Source: a virus
Taxonomy: Duplodnaviria; Caudoviricetes
DNA length: 64,000 nucleotides
Strand: one strand, 5' to 3'
Virus record (IMG/VR): IMGVR_UViG_3300025389_001063
Positions 28,983 through 38,833 of this stretch are shown one piece after another. Every line of letters starts with the position of its first letter. Position 1 is the first letter of the stretch. The position numbers were made by a program, and so were the translations under genes. The notes beneath the pieces are model-generated. The model saw only the letters and a list, made by a program, of their open reading frames with translations, was not told where the DNA came from and did not search any database.

Positions 28983-31900
28983 ATGGCAAAACGACTAATA
29001 AGAACATATGTTTTTACACCAGGAGCAGCAGGAGTAGGAAATATACAAATTCCTGGAAGATGGGATTTGAGTCAATTTCTATTAGTTACTAATACTGTAA
29101 GAAATCAAATACTTTATAATTTTGCTGATTCTACAACTGGTGCAACAGTTACATTTACTGCTGGAACTAACACAAACTTTCCTTATATAACACAAGACAG
29201 TGATGGATATACTACTTTAACTTTTACTAATTTTAATACTTCTTCATATTCTAGTACAGAAAATTTACAAATTTTTGTCGATCAAGAATCACAAACAATT
29301 CGCCCTTGGCCATTTGGTACAGATGCTATCGAACGTATGCGTGTTGCAAGTCCACAATCAATGCTCGATGCTGACTTTGAATACGGTCTACAACCAACTA
29401 AATGGCTAACAGTTAGCCAATTAAGAGGATATCCATCAACTTATGAAATTCCTGGATCAGATTTAACAGTAACAAACGTAACAACTGATGCTTCTGTTCC
29501 TTTTAGTGGTCTTGGTTCATCATTAATTACAGTTACAACTTCAACTGCACACGGTTATTCAGCATTGACTCCAATTAATATTAAAGGTCTTTTAAATACT
29601 GTTCCTGGATTCAACCGCGCAGAAGGTTCTTTCCTAGTTTATACAGTTCCTTCAAGTACAACTTTTACATATTATTCTAAATCTAAAGTTGGAAATAACA
29701 ATGGTGATACTCTTTATAGTGGTATCGTTCAATTAAGAAGAGAAGCATTTTATACAGGAGCAAGTGTCGGTAGTGCAGGACCGACTGCAACATATGTAAA
29801 TGGTACAGGATTAAATGGTGCAGCATTAATTACATTAAGTTTAGCAAATCCTCATGGATTTATTCCAGGAGATACTATACTCGTTACTGTGAGTTCAGAT
29901 AACGGAACAAATAACCACACATTGGCACAAGGCGGATTTTGGATAGAACAAATAAACAGTCCAACTACACTATCATTTAGTGCTAGAGGCATAGGAACAA
30001 TTACAGGAACAATTATAGTTTCGGCTTTATATGCAAGACCCGATTGTTATTACATTCATAGACCTCTAGACGGAGGTGTTGCTTTAGGAACAGGTGGACC
30101 TGCTCATGGCGCACATGCTATACGTCAAAGTAAAAAATATATCCGTTATCAATCAGGTAAAGGAATTATGTATAATACTGGTGCTTTATTTGCACCTAAT
30201 TATGACATTAGATCCGTTACAGCTTCAGGCACAGCGATCGGCAGTACAATAACTGTAGTCACTGATAACTTAGATCACGGTTTACAAGTAGGTGCTTCGG
30301 TAAGTCTATCACAAATAGTAACTAGCGGATACAATGGACAATATACTGTTCAAAGCATAGTTGATGAAAGAACATTTACTGTTACCGCGTATCAAGTTTT
30401 AGGATCAGTTTCTCCAATATTGCAAAATCCTTGTTTAGTTAATACTACAGGATGGCATGGATCAACAGTTCGTGCAGGAACATTTGATGATCAAAATGGT
30501 ATGTTTTGGATGTTTGATGGAATATCAATGTATGTTGGAAGAAGAGCAGCAACATATCAAATTGCAGGAACTATTGCTGTAAACCCAGATTCAAATAGTA
30601 TTGTAGGATCTAGTACTAGATTCCAAGATCAATTAAAAGTGGGTGATCGTATAGTAATCAAAGGAATGACACATATTGTTACAAATATTGCATCTCAAAC
30701 ACAGTTATATATAACTCCAGACTATCGTGGTATAAATTCTTATACTGGAGTTATTGCAGCAGGAGTTAGAGATATTATAGTTCCTCAATCACAATGGAAC
30801 GTTGATCGTTGCGATGGTAGTGCAGGTCCGTTTAATCCAAGTGGTTATAATCTAACACCATATAAAATGCAGATGATTGGAATGCAATGGTCATGGTATG
30901 GCGCTGGATTTATTGAATTCTTCTTAAGAGGTCCAGAATCTAGATTTATTTTAGTTCATAGAATGAAACAAAGTAACGTTAATAATGAAGCATATATGAG
31001 ATCAGGTAACCAACCTGTTCGATATGAAGTTATTAATGAAGGTGGAAGAAGTACTCTAGTTAATGCTATAGGGTCTACTGATACAACATTAACAATTCAG
31101 TCATCAGATGCTTATAGATTTCCACCAAGTGGTACTTTGTATATCGATTATGAATTAATTTCTTATACTTCTATTAATACATCTACTGGCGTAATAAGCG
31201 GATTAGGTCGAGCAGCAACTTTAAGTAATTTTTCTGGTGGTCAAACAAGAAACTATACTGCCAGTACGGCTAGTTCTCATGCAGCAGGTGTAGGAGTTAC
31301 CTTAGTAAGTATAACTGCTACACCTCAAATAAGTCACTGGGGATCTGCATTTATGACAGACGGTGGTTTTGATAGTGATCGTGGATACATATTTAATTAC
31401 CAACAGACTAATGTTACAGCAAATCCTATTAGAGCGGCAGCATTTGGCATTCGATTAGCACCTAGTGTATCAAACGGACAGGTTGGAGATTTAGGAGATA
31501 GAGAATTAATTAACAGAGCCCAGTTGTTACTTCAAACAATTGAAATTACTGCCGGTACTGCTGGTACTAACTCTGCATTTATTATTGAAGGTGTTATTAA
31601 TCCTCAGAATTACAGTTCTGCAACTTGGTATTCTCTTGCTCCTTCCACTAATGTTCTCAGTACTCCAGGTGGACAACCAAGTTTTACTCAGGTTGCAACA
31701 GGAACTAGTTTTGTTTGGAACAACAGTTTAAATACTAGTTACGCTGCTGCTGTAACAACAAGTACTGGTAATACAGTTACTATAAGTTCAGCAAATGCAG
31801 CAACTTTACAAGCATTTCAGACATCTAATCCAACAACACTTATCTATCTATATAATTCAACTTCAAGTGGTGCAATCTCGTCAAATACATATATTACCAA

Positions 31901-32207
31901 TATTAATACAGGTACAGGTGTATTAACACTCAATCAGAATATATTAAGTACAGTTACTAGCGGTAACACTTTAATATTCCAAGCAAACAACTTTGCTGTT
32001 CCTGGTGAAACTGTTTTCTCGTTTATATCTTCACCAAGTAACAAGGACTCATTAGATTTATCTCAGTTAAAAGAATTAACTAATACACCAATTGGTGGTA
32101 GAGGTGCGTTTCCAAACGGTCCAGATATACTTGTTGTTAATGTTTATATTACATCAGCAACCGCTACTGCTAACTTAGTTATTCGTTGGGGTGAAGCACA
32201 AGCCTAA
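28983..32207 (+). CDS. Large virion structural protein with FCCH-like beta modules (1074 aa)
   Basis: Three TVT...HG(Y/F/L)..G/L..(I/V).(I/L)....G.(F/Y).V..V....TF modules; located in the fibre cluster. Confidence 0.65.
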   Translation: MAKRLIRTYVFTPGAAGVGNIQIPGRWDLSQFLLVTNTVRNQILYNFADSTTGATVTFTAGTNTNFPYITQDSDGYTTLTFTNFNTSSYSSTENLQIFVDQESQTIRPWPFGTDAIERMRVASPQSMLDADFEYGLQPTKWLTVSQLRGYPSTYEIPGSDLTVTNVTTDASVPFSGLGSSLITVTTSTAHGYSALTPINIKGLLNTVPGFNRAEGSFLVYTVPSSTTFTYYSKSKVGNNNGDTLYSGIVQLRREAFYTGASVGSAGPTATYVNGTGLNGAALITLSLANPHGFIPGDTILVTVSSDNGTNNHTLAQGGFWIEQINSPTTLSFSARGIGTITGTIIVSALYARPDCYYIHRPLDGGVALGTGGPAHGAHAIRQSKKYIRYQSGKGIMYNTGALFAPNYDIRSVTASGTAIGSTITVVTDNLDHGLQVGASVSLSQIVTSGYNGQYTVQSIVDERTFTVTAYQVLGSVSPILQNPCLVNTTGWHGSTVRAGTFDDQNGMFWMFDGISMYVGRRAATYQIAGTIAVNPDSNSIVGSSTRFQDQLKVGDRIVIKGMTHIVTNIASQTQLYITPDYRGINSYTGVIAAGVRDIIVPQSQWNVDRCDGSAGPFNPSGYNLTPYKMQMIGMQWSWYGAGFIEFFLRGPESRFILVHRMKQSNVNNEAYMRSGNQPVRYEVINEGGRSTLVNAIGSTDTTLTIQSSDAYRFPPSGTLYIDYELISYTSINTSTGVISGLGRAATLSNFSGGQTRNYTASTASSHAAGVGVTLVSITATPQISHWGSAFMTDGGFDSDRGYIFNYQQTNVTANPIRAAAFGIRLAPSVSNGQVGDLGDRELINRAQLLLQTIEITAGTAGTNSAFIIEGVINPQNYSSATWYSLAPSTNVLSTPGGQPSFTQVATGTSFVWNNSLNTSYAAAVTTSTGNTVTISSANAATLQAFQTSNPTTLIYLYNSTSSGAISSNTYITNINTGTGVLTLNQNILSTVTSGNTLIFQANNFAVPGETVFSFISSPSNKDSLDLSQLKELTNTPIGGRGAFPNGPDILVVNVYITSATATANLVIRWGEAQA

Positions 32208-32656
32208 GATAATAGAGATAAAAATTCAAAAATTGTATCAATTTTTGCTCTAATAACTTTATTATGTAGTGTATTTCTTATTCCTTGATGTACGGGCTTT
32301 GGCCACGAATCTAATTCTGACCATGCCCATCCTTTATGTTCGCTACTTAATATTGGAATAAATTCTTCTTTTACTATACAAACATAGGTTTGAAAATTAA
32401 AATGTGTATCGTCGCTAACAAATGTTTCTAAAGGAATTGATTTAATTATTTCTGGCATGAATCCAATTTCTTCATTAATTTCCCTACATAGGCCTTGCCA
32501 AACAGATTCATCATTTTCTGTTTTTCCACCAACTAATCCCCAAATTCCTTCTTTTTTTCCTGATGATTTTTGTAATAAAAGAAATCTTTTAGTATTTTGA
32601 CTGAGAAATAAAGCACCACTACCACGAATTTTTTTTGTCACAACATCAGACGCCAT
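32204..32656 (-). CDS. NUDIX hydrolase
   Basis: Nudix box GGKTENDESVWQGLCREINEEIG. The likely start is ATG 32656 (or GTG 32641), overlapping the upstream stop, rather than 32710. Confidence 0.85.
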   Translation of the reverse strand: MASDVVTKKIRGSGALFLSQNTKRFLLLQKSSGKKEGIWGLVGGKTENDESVWQGLCREINEEIGFMPEIIKSIPLETFVSDDTHFNFQTYVCIVKEEFIPILSSEHKGWAWSELDSWPKPVHQGIRNTLHNKVIRAKIDTIFEFLSLLS

Positions 32657-33996
32657 AGTCCGTTTCTGTATTCTCCCTCGAAACTCTTGGTCCATGCTTC
32701 TCCGTCCCATTTATACTGTATACTAGTTCTTAAATTAGTTATATAGGTAATGTCTGTAGTAGATGCAGCATTGAATACTATATTCCATTTTGATCCATCC
32801 CATTCGATAATATTATTAGCATCACTAATGAAATCACTATTATCTCTATTTTTCCAAGCATCTGCTCCATCAGAATTTATAGTTGATCCTATTGATTCTA
32901 ATAATAGATATCTAATACCGGGAGCAATATTAGTTGGAGGAGCATAAGTTAGAGGATCTATAATAGCATCAACTGTTCCTCTGTTTTGTATAATTGTATT
33001 TGTAGGATATGTATCTGGATCCCAATTAATTATAGCAAGGGATTCGTCTGTAGGATGAATACTCATTGCACCTACAATTTCTGTACCATCTGCTTTTTTA
33101 AGAAACATTCTACTTGTACCTGCACGAAATTTTCCATATTCGTCGAGTAATTTGTACCAATTTACATTTGTTCCATATTTTTGAGGTATTTCTTCATTAC
33201 TAATACTCTCTCCTGGATTTAATAATCTTGCTGTATTGTTAATAACTAGCAATCCAAAAAAACCTGGTGTAATATATTGAGTTGAATCTGGTTGTCCAAG
33301 TAAAAAATAAGGATCAATTTCGCCTGCTGGTTCTGTAAAAATATTAGCAACAATAGTTTGTATAACTCCCAATCTTTTAACCTTTGCTGGAGGAGTTATC
33401 CATATAGGTGTTTCAAATTCCATAGTTGCAATATCTATCTCACTATCGACACCGACTGGTACAGTTTTACTTGTTAAAACTAAATCAGTTAATTCAACTG
33501 TTGTAAGACTAGTCCAATCAACATAGTTGTCTGTAGTTTGTATTTCAAAACTAGGATTAAAGAATACTAAAATTTGTTCTAATATTTGTAATTTTTGATC
33601 AGTATTTGATGCCCAGATATCTGCCTTAATTGTTAATTTATAAGGAGTAGGCATTAATCTTTCAATTGTATAATTTATTCCTTGTTCTGTATCATATTTT
33701 CCTGTTTGTGAGTTTATTTGTCTTTCTCTAACATTAAATTTACTAACAAAACTTGAATCACTTAGACGATCTCTATCAAATACTAGATCTGTCATATAAA
33801 CAGCAATACGAGGAGTTGAGAGCAACTTGTTTTCAGATCCATCTTTTAAAATGCTTCCAACTTGTCTAGTCATATCTCCATAAATTACAGGAACAACTTT
33901 TTCAACACCGTCAGCCGTTTTAATTTTAAAGTCACTTAACATTCTAATTATTTGAGAAAGATATCGGCGTACTTGGCCGTCATAGAACCATTGAAT
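32638..33996 (-). CDS. gp15: Tail terminator/sheath-stabilisation protein, T4 gp15-like; predicted ATT start
   Basis: The frame extends 18 codons upstream of the track's Met (IQWFYDGQVRRYLSQIIR-MLSDF) to ATT at 33996, with SD AAGGAG 7 nt upstream and an in-frame TAA at 34009-34011. gp15-like VPVIYG and LQILEQILVFFNP motifs. Confidence 0.65.
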   Translation of the reverse strand: MQWFYDGQVRRYLSQIIRMLSDFKIKTADGVEKVVPVIYGDMTRQVGSILKDGSENKLLSTPRIAVYMTDLVFDRDRLSDSSFVSKFNVRERQINSQTGKYDTEQGINYTIERLMPTPYKLTIKADIWASNTDQKLQILEQILVFFNPSFEIQTTDNYVDWTSLTTVELTDLVLTSKTVPVGVDSEIDIATMEFETPIWITPPAKVKRLGVIQTIVANIFTEPAGEIDPYFLLGQPDSTQYITPGFFGLLVINNTARLLNPGESISNEEIPQKYGTNVNWYKLLDEYGKFRAGTSRMFLKKADGTEIVGAMSIHPTDESLAIINWDPDTYPTNTIIQNRGTVDAIIDPLTYAPPTNIAPGIRYLLLESIGSTINSDGADAWKNRDNSDFISDANNIIEWDGSKWNIVFNAASTTDITYITNLRTSIQYKWDGEAWTKSFEGEYRNGLWRLML

Positions 33997-34522
33997 TGTC
34001 GTTCTCCTTTATAAACCAAACACGTTTACCGTTTATTAACTTCCAACTCATAGACCCTTTATTTTTCCATTTCGTACTTTCTTTACCCCGTTTGTTACTT
34101 ATCCATAAACCTGTTTTACCTTTATGACTTCTTGGACTAGAATGTTTTTCTACACCATTATTCTCTTCTCGGCGTCTGGCATGAGCAGCCTTTTGTGCTT
34201 CTCTCATACGTTGTTTGCTTTCTTCAGAATGTATTTTATTATTTCCAGGTTGTCTAATGTTATAACCATTATTGATAGAATCAAATTTCTCTACATAAAA
34301 TTCTTCTAACAAATTTAATTCTTCTAACGAGTTTGCTGTATCTATAACTTCAAATAAAAAAGAATCTAATCCATATTTCCTTAAAGCATTATGAAAATGA
34401 TATTCTCTAGAAGAACGTTTAGAATGATTAATGTGCTCAAGACGACGCTGATTAGGATCTTGTATTGTTTGTCCTATATAACACTTTCCTGATTCTATAT
34501 GAGTAAATTTATAAATATGCAT
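33980..34522 (-). mobile_element. Free-standing GIY-YIG (Seg-like) homing endonuclease gene
   Basis: HIYKFTHIESGKCYIGQT (GIY-YIG), conserved R/E, GYN, and NUMOD3-like HSEESKQRMREAQK; inserted between the gp14- and gp15-like genes. Confidence 0.85.
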
Positions 34523-36048
34523 TAGAAATCAGCCCTCGGTCTAAGTGCTTTTGATACTGCCTGTCTTTGTTGTACAGTTTGTTCATATAATGACCATTGT
34601 ATTCGGTCGCCAACTGCTAAAGAATATTGAAAAGTAAAAGCAAGCTTTCCACCTTCATTAAATGTACTAGTAACTGGGTTTCTATTCTCATTTTGGAACA
34701 TTTCAACACCATACATAGTATTATATGTATCTTTTGTAACAATTGTATTGGTTATAAGATTGAGACTTAACGTAGGATCAGTTGGTCGGAATACCATTGG
34801 ATCTGCAACTGTGAATACATCTATATTAAGTAAACCAACACCACTTAATTGTGTATTATTAATAAATGAAGTTCTTTGTGTTTGTCTTTGATCATTATTT
34901 GTCATAGTCATACGTACGTTATCTTCAAATGCTATCCAATGTTTTCCATCAAAACGAAATAAGCGATTTGGATAATAATCTGTACGTAAGAAATAATCAC
35001 CTAATGCTGCACCTGCTGGAAATTGTATTCCGAACCCATATGGAGCACCATTAGGAGGTATACCGTCTCCTACTAAGTATCCCTGATAACCATCCTTGTC
35101 GGGCGATACCATGGTTTCATCTGTTGTATCAGAATCATCAATTGCAATATTTGTTTGATCAACCGTTAATAAATCAACTTGTCCAGAATCTCTATCAACT
35201 GATAATGTCCAAAATTGTTGAGTTTCAAATCCGCTTTTAGGAGCATCTGCTTCTGCTTGTGCTACAACACTATTATTGATTGCTAGAATAGTAAGATAAT
35301 CACTAAGTCCACTTCCTGTAACTTCGTTTGGATTTAATAAACGAAAGAAATTAGTATCAGGTGGAACATTTAGACTAGAATCAGATTCTGCAATCACTTC
35401 ATATAATTGACCGTTATATCTCACAATAACTCCGGGACAATAATGTTTAGTTGCATCAAAGTCTCCAGCAAACATGTCTGCATTAACTGGAATATTAAGA
35501 ATATCTTTAAATTCTGGACTATCTGTTAAAGGTTTACATTTTAATCTATAAAGGTGTGGCCACCATGTCATAGAGAAACCTTCTGCTGCTCTATTAATAT
35601 CTTCTACAACATAAAATCTCTTAAGAGCAAATGCTAAATTTCCCAATGCATATGGATCTATAAGATGAGGTAATTCAATAACATCACCTGAGATAATCTT
35701 ACGGCCTAAGGTGTCGACACTGTTATTAATGTGAATTGTTAAGAATATTGTATCATTTTGTAAAAATAATCCAAATTGACTTAGATTAAAATCAATATCT
35801 TGTACATTATAAACACCGCGTATAGGATACACTGTTGTATCATATTTTCTATCTCTATTTTCTAATAGAAGTACATCTTGGATTGTAGTAGGATCTAAGG
35901 CTTTATTGGGATCACTAGGATCAACAGGACCTAGATACTTATGTATAAAAACATCTGTACCGCCTACTTGAAACATCTCATAGATTTGTTGATCTATGAA
36001 CTTAAAATCATTACCTTTTTCGGGTTTATAAAGACTTAAACGTGGCAT
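34522..36048 (-). CDS. gp14: Neck/head-tail adaptor protein, T4 gp14-like (508 aa)
   Basis: ENRDRKYD..YPIRG.Y, LSQFGLFL.ND.IFLTIH, GDVIELP and WWPHLYRLKCKP motifs; adjacent to the gp15-like gene. Confidence 0.65.
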   Translation of the reverse strand: MPRLSLYKPEKGNDFKFIDQQIYEMFQVGGTDVFIHKYLGPVDPSDPNKALDPTTIQDVLLLENRDRKYDTTVYPIRGVYNVQDIDFNLSQFGLFLQNDTIFLTIHINNSVDTLGRKIISGDVIELPHLIDPYALGNLAFALKRFYVVEDINRAAEGFSMTWWPHLYRLKCKPLTDSPEFKDILNIPVNADMFAGDFDATKHYCPGVIVRYNGQLYEVIAESDSSLNVPPDTNFFRLLNPNEVTGSGLSDYLTILAINNSVVAQAEADAPKSGFETQQFWTLSVDRDSGQVDLLTVDQTNIAIDDSDTTDETMVSPDKDGYQGYLVGDGIPPNGAPYGFGIQFPAGAALGDYFLRTDYYPNRLFRFDGKHWIAFEDNVRMTMTNNDQRQTQRTSFINNTQLSGVGLLNIDVFTVADPMVFRPTDPTLSLNLITNTIVTKDTYNTMYGVEMFQNENRNPVTSTFNEGGKLAFTFQYSLAVGDRIQWSLYEQTVQQRQAVSKALRPRADF

Positions 36049-36052
36049 GTTA

Positions 36053-36076
36053 GTATTTATCGGTAGCGATAAATAC
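36053..36076. promoter_or_regulatory. Back-to-back divergent late promoters forming a perfect palindrome
   Basis: GTATTTATCG-gtag-CGATAAATAC gives one GATAAATA on each strand between divergent genes. Confidence 0.75.
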
Positions 36077-36103
36077 GATAAGAAGTCTATTTAGGTGAAA
36101 AAC

Positions 36104-36607
36104 ATGGCGCAACAACTTATAAACATAGGTACAGGACCCAATACAAAGGACGGTGACACAGTTCGTCACGCATTTGATTTAGTAAATCAGAATTTTACTG
36201 ATGTTTATACATTATTAAGAGAAAATACTAGTATAAATCGTTATACTAGTACAGTTGATAATACAGATGTTGGTGCCACAGTTATCGATGTAACTAGTAC
36301 TAAAGTATTTCTAGCAGGCAGACACAATATCAGTGCAAGTTATTCACTATCTGCCGGACTGTATGATGGACAGCAAATTCAGTTTTTTCCACAAGGTCAG
36401 AATGCTAATACTGGCATAACTGATATACAAAATATTCGTGTATATCTACATAAACCATACCACCCAGACTCTAATACTGGATACTCAACTGGTGTGTGGC
36501 CTTGGTATCCTTTTATCAAAATAAGCAATAATGCAAAGTCTATTGCAACAGCAACTTGGAATGCGATAGATAGTGTTTGGATATTAGATCCTTGGTCATT
36601 TGATTAA
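36104..36607 (+). CDS. Baseplate/fibre-attachment protein with T4 gp9/gp10-like N-terminal motif
   Basis: QQLINIGTGPNTKDGDTVRHAFDLVNQNF matches the INIG..PND..GD.LR.AF.K.N.NF motif; ATG 36104 follows SD AGGTG. Confidence 0.6.
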   Translation: MAQQLINIGTGPNTKDGDTVRHAFDLVNQNFTDVYTLLRENTSINRYTSTVDNTDVGATVIDVTSTKVFLAGRHNISASYSLSAGLYDGQQIQFFPQGQNANTGITDIQNIRVYLHKPYHPDSNTGYSTGVWPWYPFIKISNNAKSIATATWNAIDSVWILDPWSFD

Positions 36608-36674
36608 TCAAATTACTAGCAAGATTAGATTTTAACATAAAAATATAATTGATCTTTTTACATACAATATATAC

Positions 36675-37742
36675 ATGATGTTAAAACTTAAAATAGCTAT
36701 CTATACTATTTGTAAAAACGAATCACAACATGTTGAACGGTGGGCTGCTTCCAATCAAGACGCAGATTTAAGAATAGTCTGCGATACAGGTTCAACAGAC
36801 AATACTGTAGAATTATTAAAATCTAAAGGTGTTACTGTTTATGATATAACAGTAAACCCTTGGCGATTTGATGTTGCTAGAAATACATCATTAAATCTAG
36901 TTCCAGAAGACATTGATGTTTGTATATGGCAAGACTTAGATGAGGCTTTATTAGAAGGCTGGAGAAAACAAATAGAAGATAATTGGACTGAGGATACAAC
37001 TATAGCAAATCATCGTTATAGAAATAACGATAATCCTTGGCAGTGGCATAGCAAAATACATGCTAGACATAATTGTTGGTGGACTGGTGCTGTACATGAA
37101 ACACTCAAATGGTCTGTACCTGAAAAAGCAATTTGGCTCGATGAATTCTACTTAGATGAAAAACAAGACGTTACAAAGAATAGAAGTTATCTTAATTTAT
37201 TACTAAAGAAAATTAGTGAAGATGATCAGAATTGGCGTACATATGCCTTCCTTGCTGGTGAATATGAATCAACAGGAAACATGAAAGAATGTGTTAAAAC
37301 ACGCTTAATTAGTTATGAAAAATGCGACGATGGACCTGTTGTTAAATCATATATTGCTAAAATCATTGCTAAAAATTATGTCGCAATGGAAGATTATACC
37401 TCAGCAGAAAAATGGTTTCAAATTAGTGTAACTGATAGCAACGAAAGAGAATCTTGGTTTAATTATGCAGATTATTGGCATAATAGAGAAGATTGGGAAC
37501 AATGTTATATTGCTGCTAAGAAATGTTTATCAGTAGAAATAAAGAGAGATGGATTTACGCAAGATCCTAAAGCGTGGGGAGCATTACCTTATGACTATGC
37601 TGCTCTTTCTGCTTATCATATTGGTTTCACTAAACAAGCAGTTGAGTATGGCGAAGAGGCATTAAAATTAATGCCAGATGATACTAGATTAATACATAAC
37701 TTAAAATTCTATAAGGAAAAATTAAATGATCAATCCTCCTAA
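36675..37742 (+). CDS. GT2-family glycosyltransferase with C-terminal TPR-like repeats
   Basis: IAIYTICKNE, VCDTGSTD.T, DLDE, VHE motifs; helical Ala/Tyr-rich C-terminus. Confidence 0.85.
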   Translation: MMLKLKIAIYTICKNESQHVERWAASNQDADLRIVCDTGSTDNTVELLKSKGVTVYDITVNPWRFDVARNTSLNLVPEDIDVCIWQDLDEALLEGWRKQIEDNWTEDTTIANHRYRNNDNPWQWHSKIHARHNCWWTGAVHETLKWSVPEKAIWLDEFYLDEKQDVTKNRSYLNLLLKKISEDDQNWRTYAFLAGEYESTGNMKECVKTRLISYEKCDDGPVVKSYIAKIIAKNYVAMEDYTSAEKWFQISVTDSNERESWFNYADYWHNREDWEQCYIAAKKCLSVEIKRDGFTQDPKAWGALPYDYAALSAYHIGFTKQAVEYGEEALKLMPDDTRLIHNLKFYKEKLNDQSS

Positions 37743-38826
37743 GGTTTGTATCTATACCATTGCTCTTAACGAAGAAAAACATGTTGAACGTTTTATGAAC
37801 GCAAGCAAAGATGCTGATCTTGTAATAGTTTGTGATACAGGATCAATAGATCAGACCGTTCCTTTATTAGAAAGATATGGAGCAACTGTCTATAATATAA
37901 AACAAAAACCTTGGAGATTTGATGTTCCAAGAAATACAGCGTTAAGTCTAGTACCAAAAGACTTCGACTTATGTTTAAGTATTGATTTAGACGAATACTT
38001 ACAACCAGGTTGGCGAGAAGCAGTGAATGAGGCTTGGCAAAAGAGCGAAGGTAAGTTAACTAGAATTACCTATGATTATATTTGGAATTGGAAAGAAGAT
38101 GGAGTTACTCCTGACATAAGATTCTTTACAGATAAATTCCACCATAGAAACGGATATATTTGGCGACATCCCTGTCACGAAACACTTTATTGGGAAGGTA
38201 AAGGACCTGAAATAAAAGAAGTTGTTCCTGAGGTTATTTTACATCATAGAGCAGATCCTACAAAGAGCAGAGGACAGTATCTACATTTACTTAAAATGGC
38301 TGTTGAAGAAGCACCTGAAAATGATCGCATGTGTCATTATTATGCTAGAGAACTTATGTACAACAATCGTTGGATTGAAGCAATTACAGAATTTGAAAGA
38401 CATTTAGCATTACCAACTGCTAGATGGAATGAAGAACGATGTGCTAGTTTACGATTTATGTCTAAATGCTATAGAAGTATGGGTAACCTTCAAACAAGTG
38501 TAGACGCAGCAATGAAAGGCCTTTTAGAATGTAATAATACTAGAGAGCCTTGGGTAGAAGTTGCTCGTGCTGCTTATGCTTTAAGTGACTGGCGTACTTG
38601 TTATTGGGCTGCGTCAAAGGCCATAGATATAACAGAAAGATCTATGAGTTATATCTACGATAGTGCTTCGTGGGGTTGGGAACCATATGATCTAGCAGCA
38701 CTAGGTGCGTATTATACAGGACATTATAAAGAAGCACTTCGATATGGTGAAGAAGCAGTAAAATTATTTCCAAATGAAGAAAGATTGAAGAAAAACCTAG
38801 ATTTTTATAAAGACAAAAATCTATAA
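37726..38826 (+). CDS. GT2-family glycosyltransferase with TPR repeats (tandem paralog)
   Basis: VCIYTIALNEE, VCDTGSID, IDLDE, PCHE, YYAREL and TPR-like helices. Confidence 0.85.
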   Translation: MINPPKVCIYTIALNEEKHVERFMNASKDADLVIVCDTGSIDQTVPLLERYGATVYNIKQKPWRFDVPRNTALSLVPKDFDLCLSIDLDEYLQPGWREAVNEAWQKSEGKLTRITYDYIWNWKEDGVTPDIRFFTDKFHHRNGYIWRHPCHETLYWEGKGPEIKEVVPEVILHHRADPTKSRGQYLHLLKMAVEEAPENDRMCHYYARELMYNNRWIEAITEFERHLALPTARWNEERCASLRFMSKCYRSMGNLQTSVDAAMKGLLECNNTREPWVEVARAAYALSDWRTCYWAASKAIDITERSMSYIYDSASWGWEPYDLAALGAYYTGHYKEALRYGEEAVKLFPNEERLKKNLDFYKDKNL

Positions 38827-38829
38827 ATA
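38822..38829 (+). promoter_or_regulatory. T4 late promoter consensus TATAAATA
   Basis: 4 nt before ATG 38834; no SD present. Confidence 0.7.
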
Positions 38830-38833
38830 CTGT

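Noticed and set aside
32228-32246. AAAAATTG-tat-CAATTTTT hairpin near the convergent stop codons
   Set aside because: Almost all A-T pairs and inside the NUDIX coding sequence; too weak to call a terminator.
33980-34522. Group I intron hosting the GIY-YIG ORF
   Set aside because: The ORF fills the whole insert, leaving no room for P-Q-R-S core elements; no such structure was seen.
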